Assembly (NCBI GenBank): GCA_963752035.1
Contig: CAVVWZ010000027.1
Location: forward strand, 1-44,313
Length of the DNA: 44,313 nucleotides
Direction: 5' to 3'
Source: an uncultured delta proteobacterium
GTDB lineage: Bacteria > Desulfobacterota > WTBG01
Within the stretch, counting starts at the first letter, position 1, and the number at the start of each line of letters is the position of its first letter. Positions 29,568 through 39,963 of the stretch are shown here, one piece after another. Under the pieces are notes generated by a model. That model was given only the letters and a program-made list of their open reading frames with translations, had not been told where the DNA came from and ran no database searches. Made by a program: the position numbers and the translations under genes.

Positions 29568-30164
29568 TCAGTCAGATTCCCAGACGGTACACACCTTACA
29601 AACGAGGTCAGGACCGGGTTTGAGGGTTTTTTTACCCGGTACCCAGCCTGCCGGTATTGCTTCAGTCCCCTTTGATTCCCGTACACATTGGAATGCTTCA
29701 ATCTGCCGCAGCAGTTCCTCCACATTACGACCCACGGGTGCATTGAGCACTTCAATGGCCTGAATTATTCCGTCAGGATCAATAATGAATTGTCCCCTGT
29801 TGTGTAATCCTGCGTCAGGGTTATAAACCTCGTAGGTTGTGCCCAGTTTTCCCCCGGGATCAGAGAGCATGGGGTAGGGGATTCCACCCTTGACCATCTT
29901 TGACAATTCCTGTTCATGCCAGGTTTTATGGGCGAAAACCGTATCGACACTGATAGCAAGGATTTCTGCCCCAAGTTTTTGGATCTTTGCGTGCTGGGCG
30001 GCAACTGCCGTCAACTCTGTTGGTCATACAAAGGTGAAATCAGCCGGGTAAAAATAAAGGATGACCCATTTACCTGCATAGTCAGCAAGTTTAATCTGTT
30101 TGAATGTGTTTTGGTGAAATGCCTGCAATTCAAAGTCAGGTGCCTTTTCTCCAACTTTAAGCAT
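29568..30164 (-). CDS. ahpC: Selenocysteine-containing AhpC/Prx1-type peroxiredoxin
   Basis: ATG 30164 reads [11 protein letters not shown]...[15 protein letters not shown] in frame with the 29568-30014 ORF; TGA (30024-30026) is codon 47, the peroxidatic position. Confidence 0.9.
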
Positions 30165-30202
30165 TGTATTTCCTCCATCAATTAATTAGGTGCTACCATC
30201 CA

Positions 30203-30886
30203 TCACACTTGTTTGAACTGATCTTTTCCGGCACCGCAGACCGGACAGGTCCAGCTGTCGGGAATCTCTTCAAAGGGCGTCCCGGGGGCTATTCCTCCGT
30301 CGGGGTCACCCTTTTCCTGTTCGTAAATGTATCCACAGATGGCGCACTGGTAGCCTGGTGTTGAAGAATCCTTTTTATCCTCTTCTCCACGGAAGGTCGG
30401 CGCAGTCTTGGGTGTTGTGCCTTTCTTGACCTGATGATAGTAGGCATAGGTCATTGGTTCTCCTTCCTTAAGCACTTCTGAATCCACCACTTCTCCAACA
30501 AACAGGGTGTGGGTGCCAACCTCCATTTGATGCTTTACCTTTGCTTCCAGGACTGCCAGGGAATTATCGATTATAAGTGGTGCTCCCGTAGAGCCTGTTT
30601 TGTAGTTTACCTTTTCAAATTTGTTTATGTCTCTTCCTGATTTGAAACCAAATTGGCCAATAAGGGTAAGCGGGGTTTCCTGAGAGAGGATGGAGACGGC
30701 AAACACACCGCTTTCTTTGATGAATTCGTTGGTGAGGTTTTGAGTGTTAATGCCAATGGCAAGGGCAGGGGGTTCACCAGTTACCTGGATGAGGGCATTG
30801 GCTATCTGCCCGTTTATCTTGTCCCCCTTTGTTGATGTTATAACATACAGACCATAACTTATTTTGTAGAGAGCTGTAGGATCCAT
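30203..30886 (-). CDS. hrb: High-molecular-weight rubredoxin (flavin reductase-rubredoxin fusion)
   Basis: [29 protein letters not shown], then CAICGY...WTCPVCGA. Confidence 0.88.
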   Translation of the reverse strand: MDPTALYKISYGLYVITSTKGDKINGQIANALIQVTGEPPALAIGINTQNLTNEFIKESGVFAVSILSQETPLTLIGQFGFKSGRDINKFEKVNYKTGSTGAPLIIDNSLAVLEAKVKHQMEVGTHTLFVGEVVDSEVLKEGEPMTYAYYHQVKKGTTPKTAPTFRGEEDKKDSSTPGYQCAICGYIYEQEKGDPDGGIAPGTPFEEIPDSWTCPVCGAGKDQFKQV

Positions 30887-30966
30887 TTCTTCCTCCTTGT
30901 GGAAATATGAGATTAGTAAAAAAGAAAACCACAGAGACACAGAGAAAATCTCGATGGTTTAGTCGT

Positions 30967-32503
30967 TTATAAGGTTTGGGTAAATGCAGCTATGTGGGAC
31001 AGCTTCAACTGTGAAAGAGCAATATGGGGCGCATAGATCACTTCATCAGCAGCCCACAATACCGTTCCGGTTTGACTGTTTTCAATTCCGGTGATGTTGT
31101 TAAAAACAGAGTGCATGTTATCGTTTATTCTTACAGTGTTCGGTTTAAGGGGCTCAGTCAGCTTGCCGTCTCTTATCAGGTAGGAATCTCCAACGATGGT
31201 TGCCGTGAAATCAGCGGCTTTAATTCCATTGATGGGATAAGTATACCAGATTCGTCCAATATATACACCATTTTCAACCTTGCTGAGTAATGCTTCCAAT
31301 GGCAGTCCATTTTCTCCCTCGATGATTACGTTGGTGGGTGAAATGGAAGGGATGGTATCATGATTCCTCCCCCCTCCCTGTCCAAACCTGAAACCGTTTC
31401 GCGGTGCAATTGCTCTTTGCCGGGTGTGGGGATCAACTCCTAACTTTTCCTGTCCCTTTTCGTCGTGAAGGATTCTTTTGGTCTCATAATCATTAGAGAG
31501 CAGTCCAGATAATATACCGGAGGTGATAAGTTCTGTTTTCCCGGTGGGTAATCCCTCGCAGGTGATGCCTTTACTTGCAGCTAACCCTTTTTTACACCCA
31601 TTGTCGTAGACAGATACTATCTCTGAAGTGATTTTCTTGCCCAGCTTACCCTGGAAGGTAGAGTTGCCGGCATAGAAACTATCGAGGCGAAGAGAAGGGA
31701 TGAGAACGTTATTAACAATGTCGGCTACTGCTTGAGGTGCAAGAACAACCGGATAGGAACCACTGTCTATCTCTGTTCCACTCAGAGCCTGCAGGGCACT
31801 TTTTACCGCCATTGATCCTGCAGTGCCGTCGAAGTCATCAAGATGGGTTCCCACTGAGCATCCCGATCCTTTGCTGTTGGTTTTTTCAATCATTGCCGTG
31901 AGGGAAGAAAAGAGTAAGGTTGATGTGTCTTCCTGGACTGATTTAAGGATGGGATGAGGCAAGGGCTATCTCCTCTTGAAGAATGGTAACATCTCCTCCA
32001 AGGATGAGTCCCAGCTCATTGAGGGAATATTTTTGAATGAGGGGAGAGTGATCCCACTCCTCCAGTGCCGCATGAATGGCTTTCCAGCCTAATTTTACAA
32101 GATCTTCATCAGTGAGGGACAACAGGCTTTCGTCATGATAATTCCAGAGGCTTCTTTTCTCCCGGGATGGTTCAGGAAGTCCATTGAAATCGGGGTCATA
32201 TACGGCACCCTGTTTTGCCTTGATCAAGGCCGAATCCAGGGCATCCATGGAGAAAGAACCTGTTTCCTGTCCAAAACCAACTTTTATGGTGTCTCCCTCT
32301 TTGAAAGCGACCCTTAGACCTATACCCTGGTTTTGGGTTGATTTTGGTTCCTCTAAACCATTACAGGGAAGGTGTGAGGTATAGTTGATTCTGCTGGTTA
32401 GGATTCCATTTACTGCAGCAAACAGCTCTACTTCATGGATCTCGTCATTCCGGGAGAGGTATGCTAGACCTTCAGTCAGTGTGTTTATTATCTGGGAGTC
32501 CAC
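30967..32503 (-). CDS. TldD/PmbA-family protein, PmbA/TldE-like (frameshift ~31945)
   Basis: Two ORFs join into about 510 aa; GSYPVVLAPQAV, SPTNVII; follows tldD. Confidence 0.75.
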
Positions 32504-32548
32504 TGAATAATTCCTTTTTTACCGTTTACTTTGTATAGAAAGCTTCTT

Positions 32549-32745
32549 CTCCCTCTCCCCACAGGGGAGAGGGAGGTTTGGGATTTTGGTTATTTGGAGT
32601 TGTCCTTCGACTTGGCTCAGGATGGTGAGCTGGCCGAACCATTTGCGACTGTGTATGAGATTTGTTATTTCCTTCGGTTACTTTGCGTTCTTTGCGTGAC
32701 TCTGCGGTGGAAATATGATTTCTGACTTCTGTCTCCTGGAATCCT
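32549..32745. repeat. Mosaic of several short repeat types between tldD and pmbA
   Basis: CTCCCTCTCCCC hairpin; TTTGG motifs; CCTTCGAC..GCTCAGG..GAGC..CGAACC; CTTTGCG nonamers; TTCTGAC heptamers. Confidence 0.65.
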
Positions 32746-32751
32746 ATTTGT

Positions 32752-34321
32752 CTAACCCGATGCTCCCGTCAAGCGGGCCCTACTTCTCAGTGTCGGGCTG
32801 CCATTACCCAGTTTTTTAACTTGCATGGGCTGCCCCTTGCCGCAGTTGGGTATGGGGTAAATTTTGAGGTCGTTACCAACGGCATCAACCTGCATGAGAA
32901 AATCACGGCTGTCGGCAGTGATCCCTCCATCGCGAAAGAGCTGACCGATTCTACCGTTTTTTATTTCATAAACCTTTCTGGAGGTGATACGAAAATTCTC
33001 TCTTGATTCGGCGATAGAGGGAATTCGGTGACCGAACAAATAGTAGCCGTGATCGACCTCGCTTACAATATCATTAACCTCACGGGTTCCATTTTCAAAA
33101 ACAGTGGTTGACATGCGAATCAGGGGGACCACCGATGCAGCAGTACTCTTATAGGATCCGTTGGGCTCAGCCTGCAGAATAGCGGCGGTTTGTCTGCTGT
33201 TCATGAATTCATTAAAGATACCCTGCTTTATGTGGTAGACTTTTTTCCCAAGGGTACCTTCGTGATCATAGGTGTAGTGACCGAAGCCGGGAAGGGATGG
33301 ATCGGAATAGGTTGACAACAACGGTGAAGCAACCTGTTTCCCCTGCTGATTGTTCTGTATAGTATTAAAGAGCCAGGAGCGGCCTGCATATGAGGTCTCC
33401 ATTTTAAGGGCCCGGTCCAGTTCATTGGGATGACCTATAATTTCATGTGCCAGCTAATGCATTATAGTGAGGATCTGTTACTACAGTTACTTCACCGTCC
33501 GTTGATTGCAGGGCAGGGGCATTGGCAAGTTCTACCGTTTCCTGTGCCAGCTCCCGGGAAAATGATCTTAAATCCTTGTTGTAGATATAGGGACCCTGAC
33601 AGCCCTGCTCTATGACTTCCCAACCCCGCTGGTGCCCAATGTAGTCATAGTGTTCCTGGACTCCTTCCTTACCTGAAGCAACAATATAGGCTATGCCGTA
33701 AGTAATAGCAAAGGTTTGATCAATTGCCGTCCCTTCACTGGAGGTGAAAAACTCTCTTGAAAGCATGGTGGAGGCACCGATTTGATTGTACAGTATAGTG
33801 CTCCCCATGGATTTAATTTCTTGAGAAATATCTTTGATGTGGGTTGAGATCTGCTGGGGGGGAATGCTTGCAGGGTCCCGTTGGAATTCGGCCGGTAGTA
33901 TTTCACGATGTATTTCTATTGGTGCCAGTTCCATATTCCACAGGCTTTGCCCCAGGTGGGGAAATTGTTCTTTCGTTTTTGTCTTCCACTCTGCATTAGA
34001 GAGGGCACGTTGGTAAGCGTGATTGAGGCACTTTTCAATAGTTGCTTCCAAGTGGTTAAGGCTTTCTGCTCCCAGTGTAAGTCCGTAATAACCAGGGGAG
34101 ATGCATTTTTTACCTGCCAGCACCCTTACGCCACATGAAAGCCCGTAGTCCATTCCGCAGTATTTTTCATCACCATTTTCGCAAAAAGCCCCGCGATCTT
34201 CAGAGACTTCAAATCGTATGTCCGTATAGTGTATGGAGGGATTATTTTTGATAAATCGTTCCTGGAGGGACTCGATCTTATCTTTTACAGTATCGATAAT
34301 TTCTATGGTAATCTGTTTCAT
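32752..34321 (-). CDS. tldD: TldD-like metalloprotease (frameshift ~33452)
   Basis: Removing one base restores HEIIGHPNELDR (HExxxH); YDHEG, PLIRMS, CGKGQPMQ. Confidence 0.85.
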
Positions 34322-34332
34322 AGGAGTCCTTT

Positions 34333-34510
34333 AACCCGGATTTTGCAGTAGGTATCGTAGCGAGGTGCAGAAAAGCACAGCGAAACGAGCAGTTGGAGCG
34401 ATTTTGTAACGATGGCATATTTATAAATATGTTGAGGAGCAAAATCGTGAAACAAGTGTTGCAGCAAGGATTTTCAAGCCGCAGTAGATGGCTACTGCAA
34501 ATTCTGGGTT
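34333..34510. mobile_element. MITE-like element with 19-bp terminal inverted repeats
   Basis: AACCCGGATTTTGCAGTAG / CTACTGCAAATTCTGGGTT (17/19 complementary), internal nested hairpins, no credible ORF. Confidence 0.65.
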
Positions 34511-34666
34511 TAACATCCAAAAAACACAACCTATTAGATAGAGGGATTTCACAGGATACGGGAAATCGTATTGTCTAACAGGCTGGCATGAAAATTCAAT
34601 GCACAATTAACAGTCGGTTAACGATGCAGTATTCTTTCCTGAGATTGTATAATAATTAGATGAAAG

Positions 34667-34985
34667 TTACAGAGCACTATCTAGCATTGCCTTTGAGTTT
34701 ATCTTTACTCTGTGCCCCTATGATTTTTTCCACCTCATTTCCATTTTTAAACAGAATAAGGGTAGGAATACTCCTGACGCCGAACTGGGCGGGTGTATTT
34801 TGGTTGTCATCAATATTGATCTTCACAATTTTAGCCTTGCCGTCAAATTCCTGGGCAAGTTCCTCCAAAACAGGGGCGATCATTTTACAGGGACCACACC
34901 AGGGTGCCCAGAAATCAACCAGCACTGGTATAGGGGAATCGGTAACTTCTGCTTTAAAACTGGCATCATTAATTTCAACTGTCAT
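34667..34985 (-). CDS. trxA: Thioredoxin (probable 1-nt insertion near the C-terminus)
   Basis: [19 protein letters not shown]; corrected end LKAMLDSAL. Confidence 0.93.
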
Positions 34986-35021
34986 GTATAAACCTCCTGT
35001 AATACTTTTATGAAATAAATT

Positions 35022-36474
35022 TTAATCAACAAGTTTTACTTCTGCAACGGCAGAGGCCATTTCAACAATGGGAAGTTCAAAGGTTTCGTCACCAAAAAGA
35101 TCATCAATGAAAGATTGCGGGGCACTGCGGTAGTTTAATCTAGCTTCGATGGTGTACCCCAATATGCCGATTATGGGAACCAGGAAACTGAACTGTTCTG
35201 TGGCTGATCCCTTTGGTGGAATACGATTATCGGAGAGAATGTGGTCGGCCTTTGCAACATTGACCGTGTGATTTCCATCCTTGTCGGCCAGTTTGATGGA
35301 AAAGGAGTGTGCCTGGGGGTCGAGGTTGCCATTTTGGTCAACCTTACCTGAGTGCACAATGACTCTTCCCAGGGCATCCTTTATCTGGAGTTCAAGCCAC
35401 ATTTCACGAACTTCACTTAATCCTGTAGGTAAATAGTGCCCGGCACCTACATTGTTAACCTTTATCTGGATTGTTGCCTGTTGCCAAATCAGAGGTAGGG
35501 AAGGAGCTGAAATTTCTATGGTTGCACAGTTTTGAAGACGTTCTATTGCCATTTGGGAGTTTTGTTCCCCCCCTTCATAAAGAGCGGGGAGAGCTGTATT
35601 GGCCCCTACATGATAGTGGGTGTAAACATGATCCCGTTCTTTCCCGCCAATAGCGGAAACACCGGGATTGTCAGGCCGTTCGGTTGAACCGGTAGCGGGT
35701 ATCCCCGGACGCTGCCTCATGTGGCAGTCTTCACAATAGACAGTGGTTGCCGGGTCTCCCGTGTTGTAGGGGCCCTCGCGCCATTCAGTGTAAGTTCTTT
35801 CAATCGGTAATCCGTTTAAGGTGTGGGTTACGTCATGACACATGCCGCACATCTCTGATTTGGTGTGGAGTTCAGAGAAGGATGTTCCGTGGTAAGGTGA
35901 AACCGCATCGTCCCGGGGGCCCCACTTGATTTTCTTATCATCTCCTGCTGATTCAATACCCACAGTGTAAGGGGCATTACCAATTCCGGCAGAGCTTTTA
36001 ACGCTGTGACAGAAGTCACAAAAGATGCCATTTTTGAGGGGAGCAAGTTCCTGGGGGTCATAATCACCCTCAGTTGTTTCGATCACTCTTGAGAGATGTC
36101 CCAGAGGTGTGTGGCATCGTACGCAACTCCGGGCTTCTTCAAGTTCACCTTCCGTATCTGCTTCAGAGAGGACCAGTTTTGTAACCTTCTGGAAAATAGG
36201 ATCGTTCAATGCATTTGCATGAACCCCGCCTTGCCACTGTTCAAAGATTGCATTGTGGCAGCCACCGCAGATTGTTGGTTGTTCGAGCTGATCAACAGCA
36301 AGATCTCCTGGCAGGCTGATTGTGCTATCAGGAATCATATTTGCTGGCCTTTCCCAGGAAGGGTTAATCCAGGTGGGAGACCAGCTCTCCGGATCCAGTG
36401 TTTGTGCTGACTGCCGGTTGAATCACCAGCAGGAGGCAGATAAGTTTTAGTGCATTACGTAAGCTATTGATCAT
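35022..36474 (-). CDS. Pentahaem c-type cytochrome, c554-like domain (frameshift ~36405 after the signal peptide)
   Basis: CGGCH, CVRCH, CDFCH, CGMCH, CEDCH; IERTYTEW; GAGHYLPT. Confidence 0.88.
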
Positions 36475-36509
36475 AATAATATCCAATTGAAAAGTACTGT
36501 TTGTTATTA

Positions 36510-36565
36510 CCCCTCACCTCATTTTTCTCCTCTCAGGGGAGAGGGACAGGGTGAGGGGGATTCTT
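36510..36565. repeat. CCCTCACC...GGGGAGAGGG..GGGTGAGGGG palindromic repeat, copy 3
   Basis: Shares AGGGTGAGGGGGATTCTT with the copy at 20904-20952. Confidence 0.8.
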
Positions 36566-36571
36566 ATGTGC

Positions 36572-37751
36572 TTATTCTTTTACACGGGCTGCTACTTTTT
36601 TACCCAGCTCTTTGCACTGCTCCAGCTCTTCCGGATCAGGCAAAAACTGGAATTGCAGGGGAGGCTCGACTACCTCTAGCCCGGTTGCTTTCAGTTCCTC
36701 AGTGATTGCCTTGGTTGCACCACCGCCCCATCCAAAGGAACCAAAAACATAGCAGATCTTCTTTTGCGGTCTTAATCCCTTCATGTAACAGAGAAAGTCA
36801 GCTACGGTGGGGTACAAGCCGTTATTGAGGGTCGGGGATCCTATCACCAGTGCCTTGGCATCGAGTACTTCTTTCATAATTACCGTTCTGCCTGTTTGCG
36901 TGATGTTCATGAGCTTGACTTCTACGCCTTCTTCACGTATGCCTTCAAGAATAGCCTTTGCCATCTTTTCGGTGCTTTGCCACATGGTATCATAGATGAT
37001 CAATACCTTCTCCTTTGCCTCATGCTGTGCCCAGGAAACATAAGAGCTTACTATTTTATCAATGTTTTTGCGCCAGATTACACCATGGCAGGGGGCAACT
37101 ATATCCAGTTCCAAACCCTTTGCGGCCTCGAGCGCCTTGAGGACCGGTGGTCCCAGGTGTAAAACGATATTGGCAAAGTAGGTTGATGCTTCAGGCAGGA
37201 TGATCTCCCAGCCCACCTCATCATCAAATCGCTTTGAAGTGGCCAGGTGTTGACCAAACGCATCATTTGAAAAGAGTATTTTGTCGCTTGGTGAATAGGT
37301 GACCATTGAATCTGGCCAGTGGACCATGGGGACTTCAAGAAAGGATACCTGTCTCGATCCTAAATCTAAGGTGTCCCCTGTTTTGACGGTTTGAAAGGGC
37401 CAGTCCTTTTTGTAGTATCGTGTTAATCCTTTTTTACCCCGTTCAGTTGCAATGATGGTAGCATTTTTTGCCAGTTCCTTTGTACGGGGCAAGGAACCGG
37501 AGTGGTCCATTTCAACATGGTTAGAAATGAGGTAGTCAATTTTATCAAGGGGAATAATTTCCTCAATCCGCTGGACCATCTCCTCAAAAAAAGGCGCTTT
37601 AACCGTGTCAATCAAGTGCCACTTTTTCGTCCACGATCAGGTAGGCATTATAGGTGGTGCCCTCCGGTGTGTCATACCCGTGAAAAATCCTGATGTTCCA
37701 GTCTATAGCCCCTACCCAGTAAATCCCCTTCTTGAGTTCTACCTTGCCCAT
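36572..37751 (-). CDS. fprA: Flavodiiron protein (FprA/Roo; O2/NO reductase) (frameshift ~37618)
   Basis: [37 protein letters not shown], flavodoxin-domain GSFGWGGG. Confidence 0.92.
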
Positions 37752-37824
37752 GTAATTATCTCCTTATCTTCCCCTAATAGCCTTAGTAGTAATTCCCTCA
37801 CTCAGCAATAACAGTGTGATGAAA

Positions 37825-38315
37825 CTAATCCCCCCATAACCATACGCCCTGGTTGTTTAAGCCGTACCACTGGTCATTTAAGATTTTGGTGTGCAGCTTC
37901 TCTTCCTCTGCAAGCTTATTAAGCATTTTTTTTCCTGCGGGATCATCTGTTTCTTCAGCGAGTTTTGTGTAGTAGGCACTGGCATTTTTTTCGTCTTCAA
38001 TGGCTTGCTTAAAATCGAGAGGACATCGTCTTTCATCCCTTCTTCAGCGGAAGAGTTCTTTGCTTCTGATGAATGTGCAGTTTCTGAAAACTGTGTTCCG
38101 GAATATGATGTCCACCCCGACCCCTCCTGTAAAGAAGTAAGAAGGGATTTTAGGTAATTGTAGTGATTTAGCTCAAAGGCAGCGAGTTGGTTAAACATGT
38201 TTTTGCCTTTAGGGCTGGTAGCTTTTTGTGCAGATTGGCTGTAATAACGGTGAGCCTGTTGTTCTGCATCCATAGCGATTTTGATTGCATCTATTTTACT
38301 TTGTGCCTGTGTCAT
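37825..38315 (-). CDS. Ferritin-like (rubrerythrin-family) di-iron protein (frameshift ~38003)
   Basis: E...YY, ELNH; corrected second half AIEDEKNA...EEEKLH...GVWLWGD. Confidence 0.82.
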
Positions 38316-38330
38316 GAACATATCCCCATA

Positions 38331-38595
38331 CCAGTTAACAGTTTACAGTTTACAGTTCCCAGTTGACAGCTTACAGTTTACAGAAAAAGCACTAGTAACC
38401 AAGAATCAATATATGCTTTATCTGCCTCATGCAAAAACAAAGAAATATTCTTTATTAGAAAACGTCTTTTTGCTTTTAGTTGCTGTGAACTGTCAACTGG
38501 GAACTGTAAACTAAATTTATAATTTGTAATTTATAATTCATAATTGTATTTCCTGTTTGTTGCTGTCAACTGTAAACCGTCAACTGTAAACTGTT
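38331..38595. repeat. Heptamer tandem arrays in inverted orientation (CAGTTTA-type) plus a TAATTTA array
   Basis: About 7 CAGTTnA units at 38331-38383; reverse-complement arrays at 38483-38513 and 38563-38593; TAATTTA-type units at 38513-38546. Confidence 0.9.
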
Positions 38596-38597
38596 TG

Positions 38598-39170
38598 TTA
38601 TTCACCTGCCAGCTCCTGCCCGAGCTCATATGCCTCCTGCAGTGCTGTTGGGTGCTTTTTGATGTCTCCGGCTGCATCGACATTTTTAAAGAGAAGACTT
38701 TTGTAAAGCTTAGCATCCAGTGCATCGAAAAAGTATTTCATGGTAAGCAGGGTGCCATCAAACAATTTTGAACCTTTGGTAGCCCCAACTGAAATGAAAA
38801 CACCCTTCTTTTTTTTGCCGGAGGCAGAGAGGGGTTGTTTTAACATATACTTACGTGCCCAGAGGGCTTGCGAGCGGTCTATGAGAGTTTTGGTTTGAGC
38901 ATTTACATTGTAGAAAAAAATAGGAGCGGCCACAACGATGCAATCATGTTCGATAAAGTGCTGATAAACATCCTGCATGTCATCCTCTAACATACACTCT
39001 CCCGTTTCTGCACAGCTGTAGTCGGCTACGCAGGGAAGAATGTTAAGATCACAGAGTTCAACTTCTGTTGTATCCGCTCCCCGTTCCTTCACCCCTTTAA
39101 CAAGCTGCCGTAAAAGCATTGAGGTGTTTCCATCTTTTCGTGGACTTCCATAGAGGGCAAGTACCTTCAT
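38598..39170 (-). CDS. Iron-sulfur flavoprotein / NADPH-dependent FMN reductase family
   Basis: GSPRKDGNT, PCVADYSC...C...DDM, APIFFYN, KTLIDR. Confidence 0.88.
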   Translation of the reverse strand: MKVLALYGSPRKDGNTSMLLRQLVKGVKERGADTTEVELCDLNILPCVADYSCAETGECMLEDDMQDVYQHFIEHDCIVVAAPIFFYNVNAQTKTLIDRSQALWARKYMLKQPLSASGKKKKGVFISVGATKGSKLFDGTLLTMKYFFDALDAKLYKSLLFKNVDAAGDIKKHPTALQEAYELGQELAGE

Positions 39171-39180
39171 ATAATCTTTC

Positions 39181-39294
39181 CTATTCTTCGACCAGTTTGA
39201 ATTTGGCTTTGCCAGCGCCACATACGGGACATTTTTCAGGTGGATTTTCTCCCACATGGACATAACCACATACAGTACATCTCCATTTCTTCAT
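39181..39294 (-). CDS. 37-aa rubredoxin-like protein (not in the ORF track)
   Basis: AAAGGAG RBS; [37 protein letters not shown]. Confidence 0.88.
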   Translation of the reverse strand: MKKWRCTVCGYVHVGENPPEKCPVCGAGKAKFKLVEE

Positions 39295-39357
39295 CTGCTT
39301 TCTCCTTTCATGTGAAGTTTGACTTACTACCAATTAAGGTTGGGACACTTAATAGAA

Positions 39358-39385
39358 ATGATAACGATTATTATTTATATGTCAA
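39358..39385 (-). promoter_or_regulatory. Sigma70 promoter overlapped by a Fur/PerR-family box
   Basis: Minus strand TTGACA-16-TATCAT; TGATAAC-G-ATTATTA (39359-39373) matches the 7-1-7 TGATAAT-n-ATTATCA at 12/14. Confidence 0.65.
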
Positions 39386-39915
39386 GCACCATCAAGACCA
39401 ATTTTCTCAGTTTTTTCGTACCAGCTGGAAGGATCGGTCAGGAGCTCATGGGCATCTTTCAGGATGAGGTAGTGCCTTTTTTCCTCTTTTGCAATGATGT
39501 CATAGAATTTCTTTTCAAGGGGATTTGCTGATTCTTCTGAAAGCTTCTTGTAATAGTTTATTCCCTTTTCTTCAAATTCCATCCCGAGGTTTAACGCCTC
39601 AACATCACCCGTTGCTGGCTTGATTGTAGTTTCGGCAGTTCCTCGTGCCTCCTCAAAGATATTCTTCCACTGTTTTTCTGCAGCAAGCGGCGCAGGCCCC
39701 TGGGTGTATTCGTCTCCAATAGCCAGTTTATCAAAGGTTTCCTTGAGTCGTGCAACATGCTTTAATTCATCATCTGCAAGAGACTGGAAGAGGCTTTTCC
39801 CCCAGGGATGTTCTGTTCTGTTCATGCAGTCAAGAAAAAGTTCCCTCCCATCTTCTTCAAATTTGATGGCAGTGGCCAAAACACTCTTGTTAATTTCAGC
39901 GGTATCTTGTGTCAT
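39382..39915 (-). CDS. Ferritin-like (rubrerythrin-family) di-iron protein
   Basis: AIKFEEDG, DELKH, MEFEEKGINYY, EEKRH. Confidence 0.85.
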   Translation of the reverse strand: MTQDTAEINKSVLATAIKFEEDGRELFLDCMNRTEHPWGKSLFQSLADDELKHVARLKETFDKLAIGDEYTQGPAPLAAEKQWKNIFEEARGTAETTIKPATGDVEALNLGMEFEEKGINYYKKLSEESANPLEKKFYDIIAKEEKRHYLILKDAHELLTDPSSWYEKTEKIGLDGA

Positions 39916-39963
39916 CTTTATTTCCTCCAGGTTAGTTTATAACTCACATTCAGCATGTTTTTT

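Noticed and set aside
33440-33450. TGA ending the first tldD ORF as possible selenocysteine
   Set aside because: It arises from a frameshift; the shifted frame restores HExxxH and no Cys is expected here.
38598-39269. 223-aa ORF as listed in the track
   Set aside because: Its N-terminal extension overlaps the mini-rubredoxin in another frame; the flavoprotein starts at 39170.
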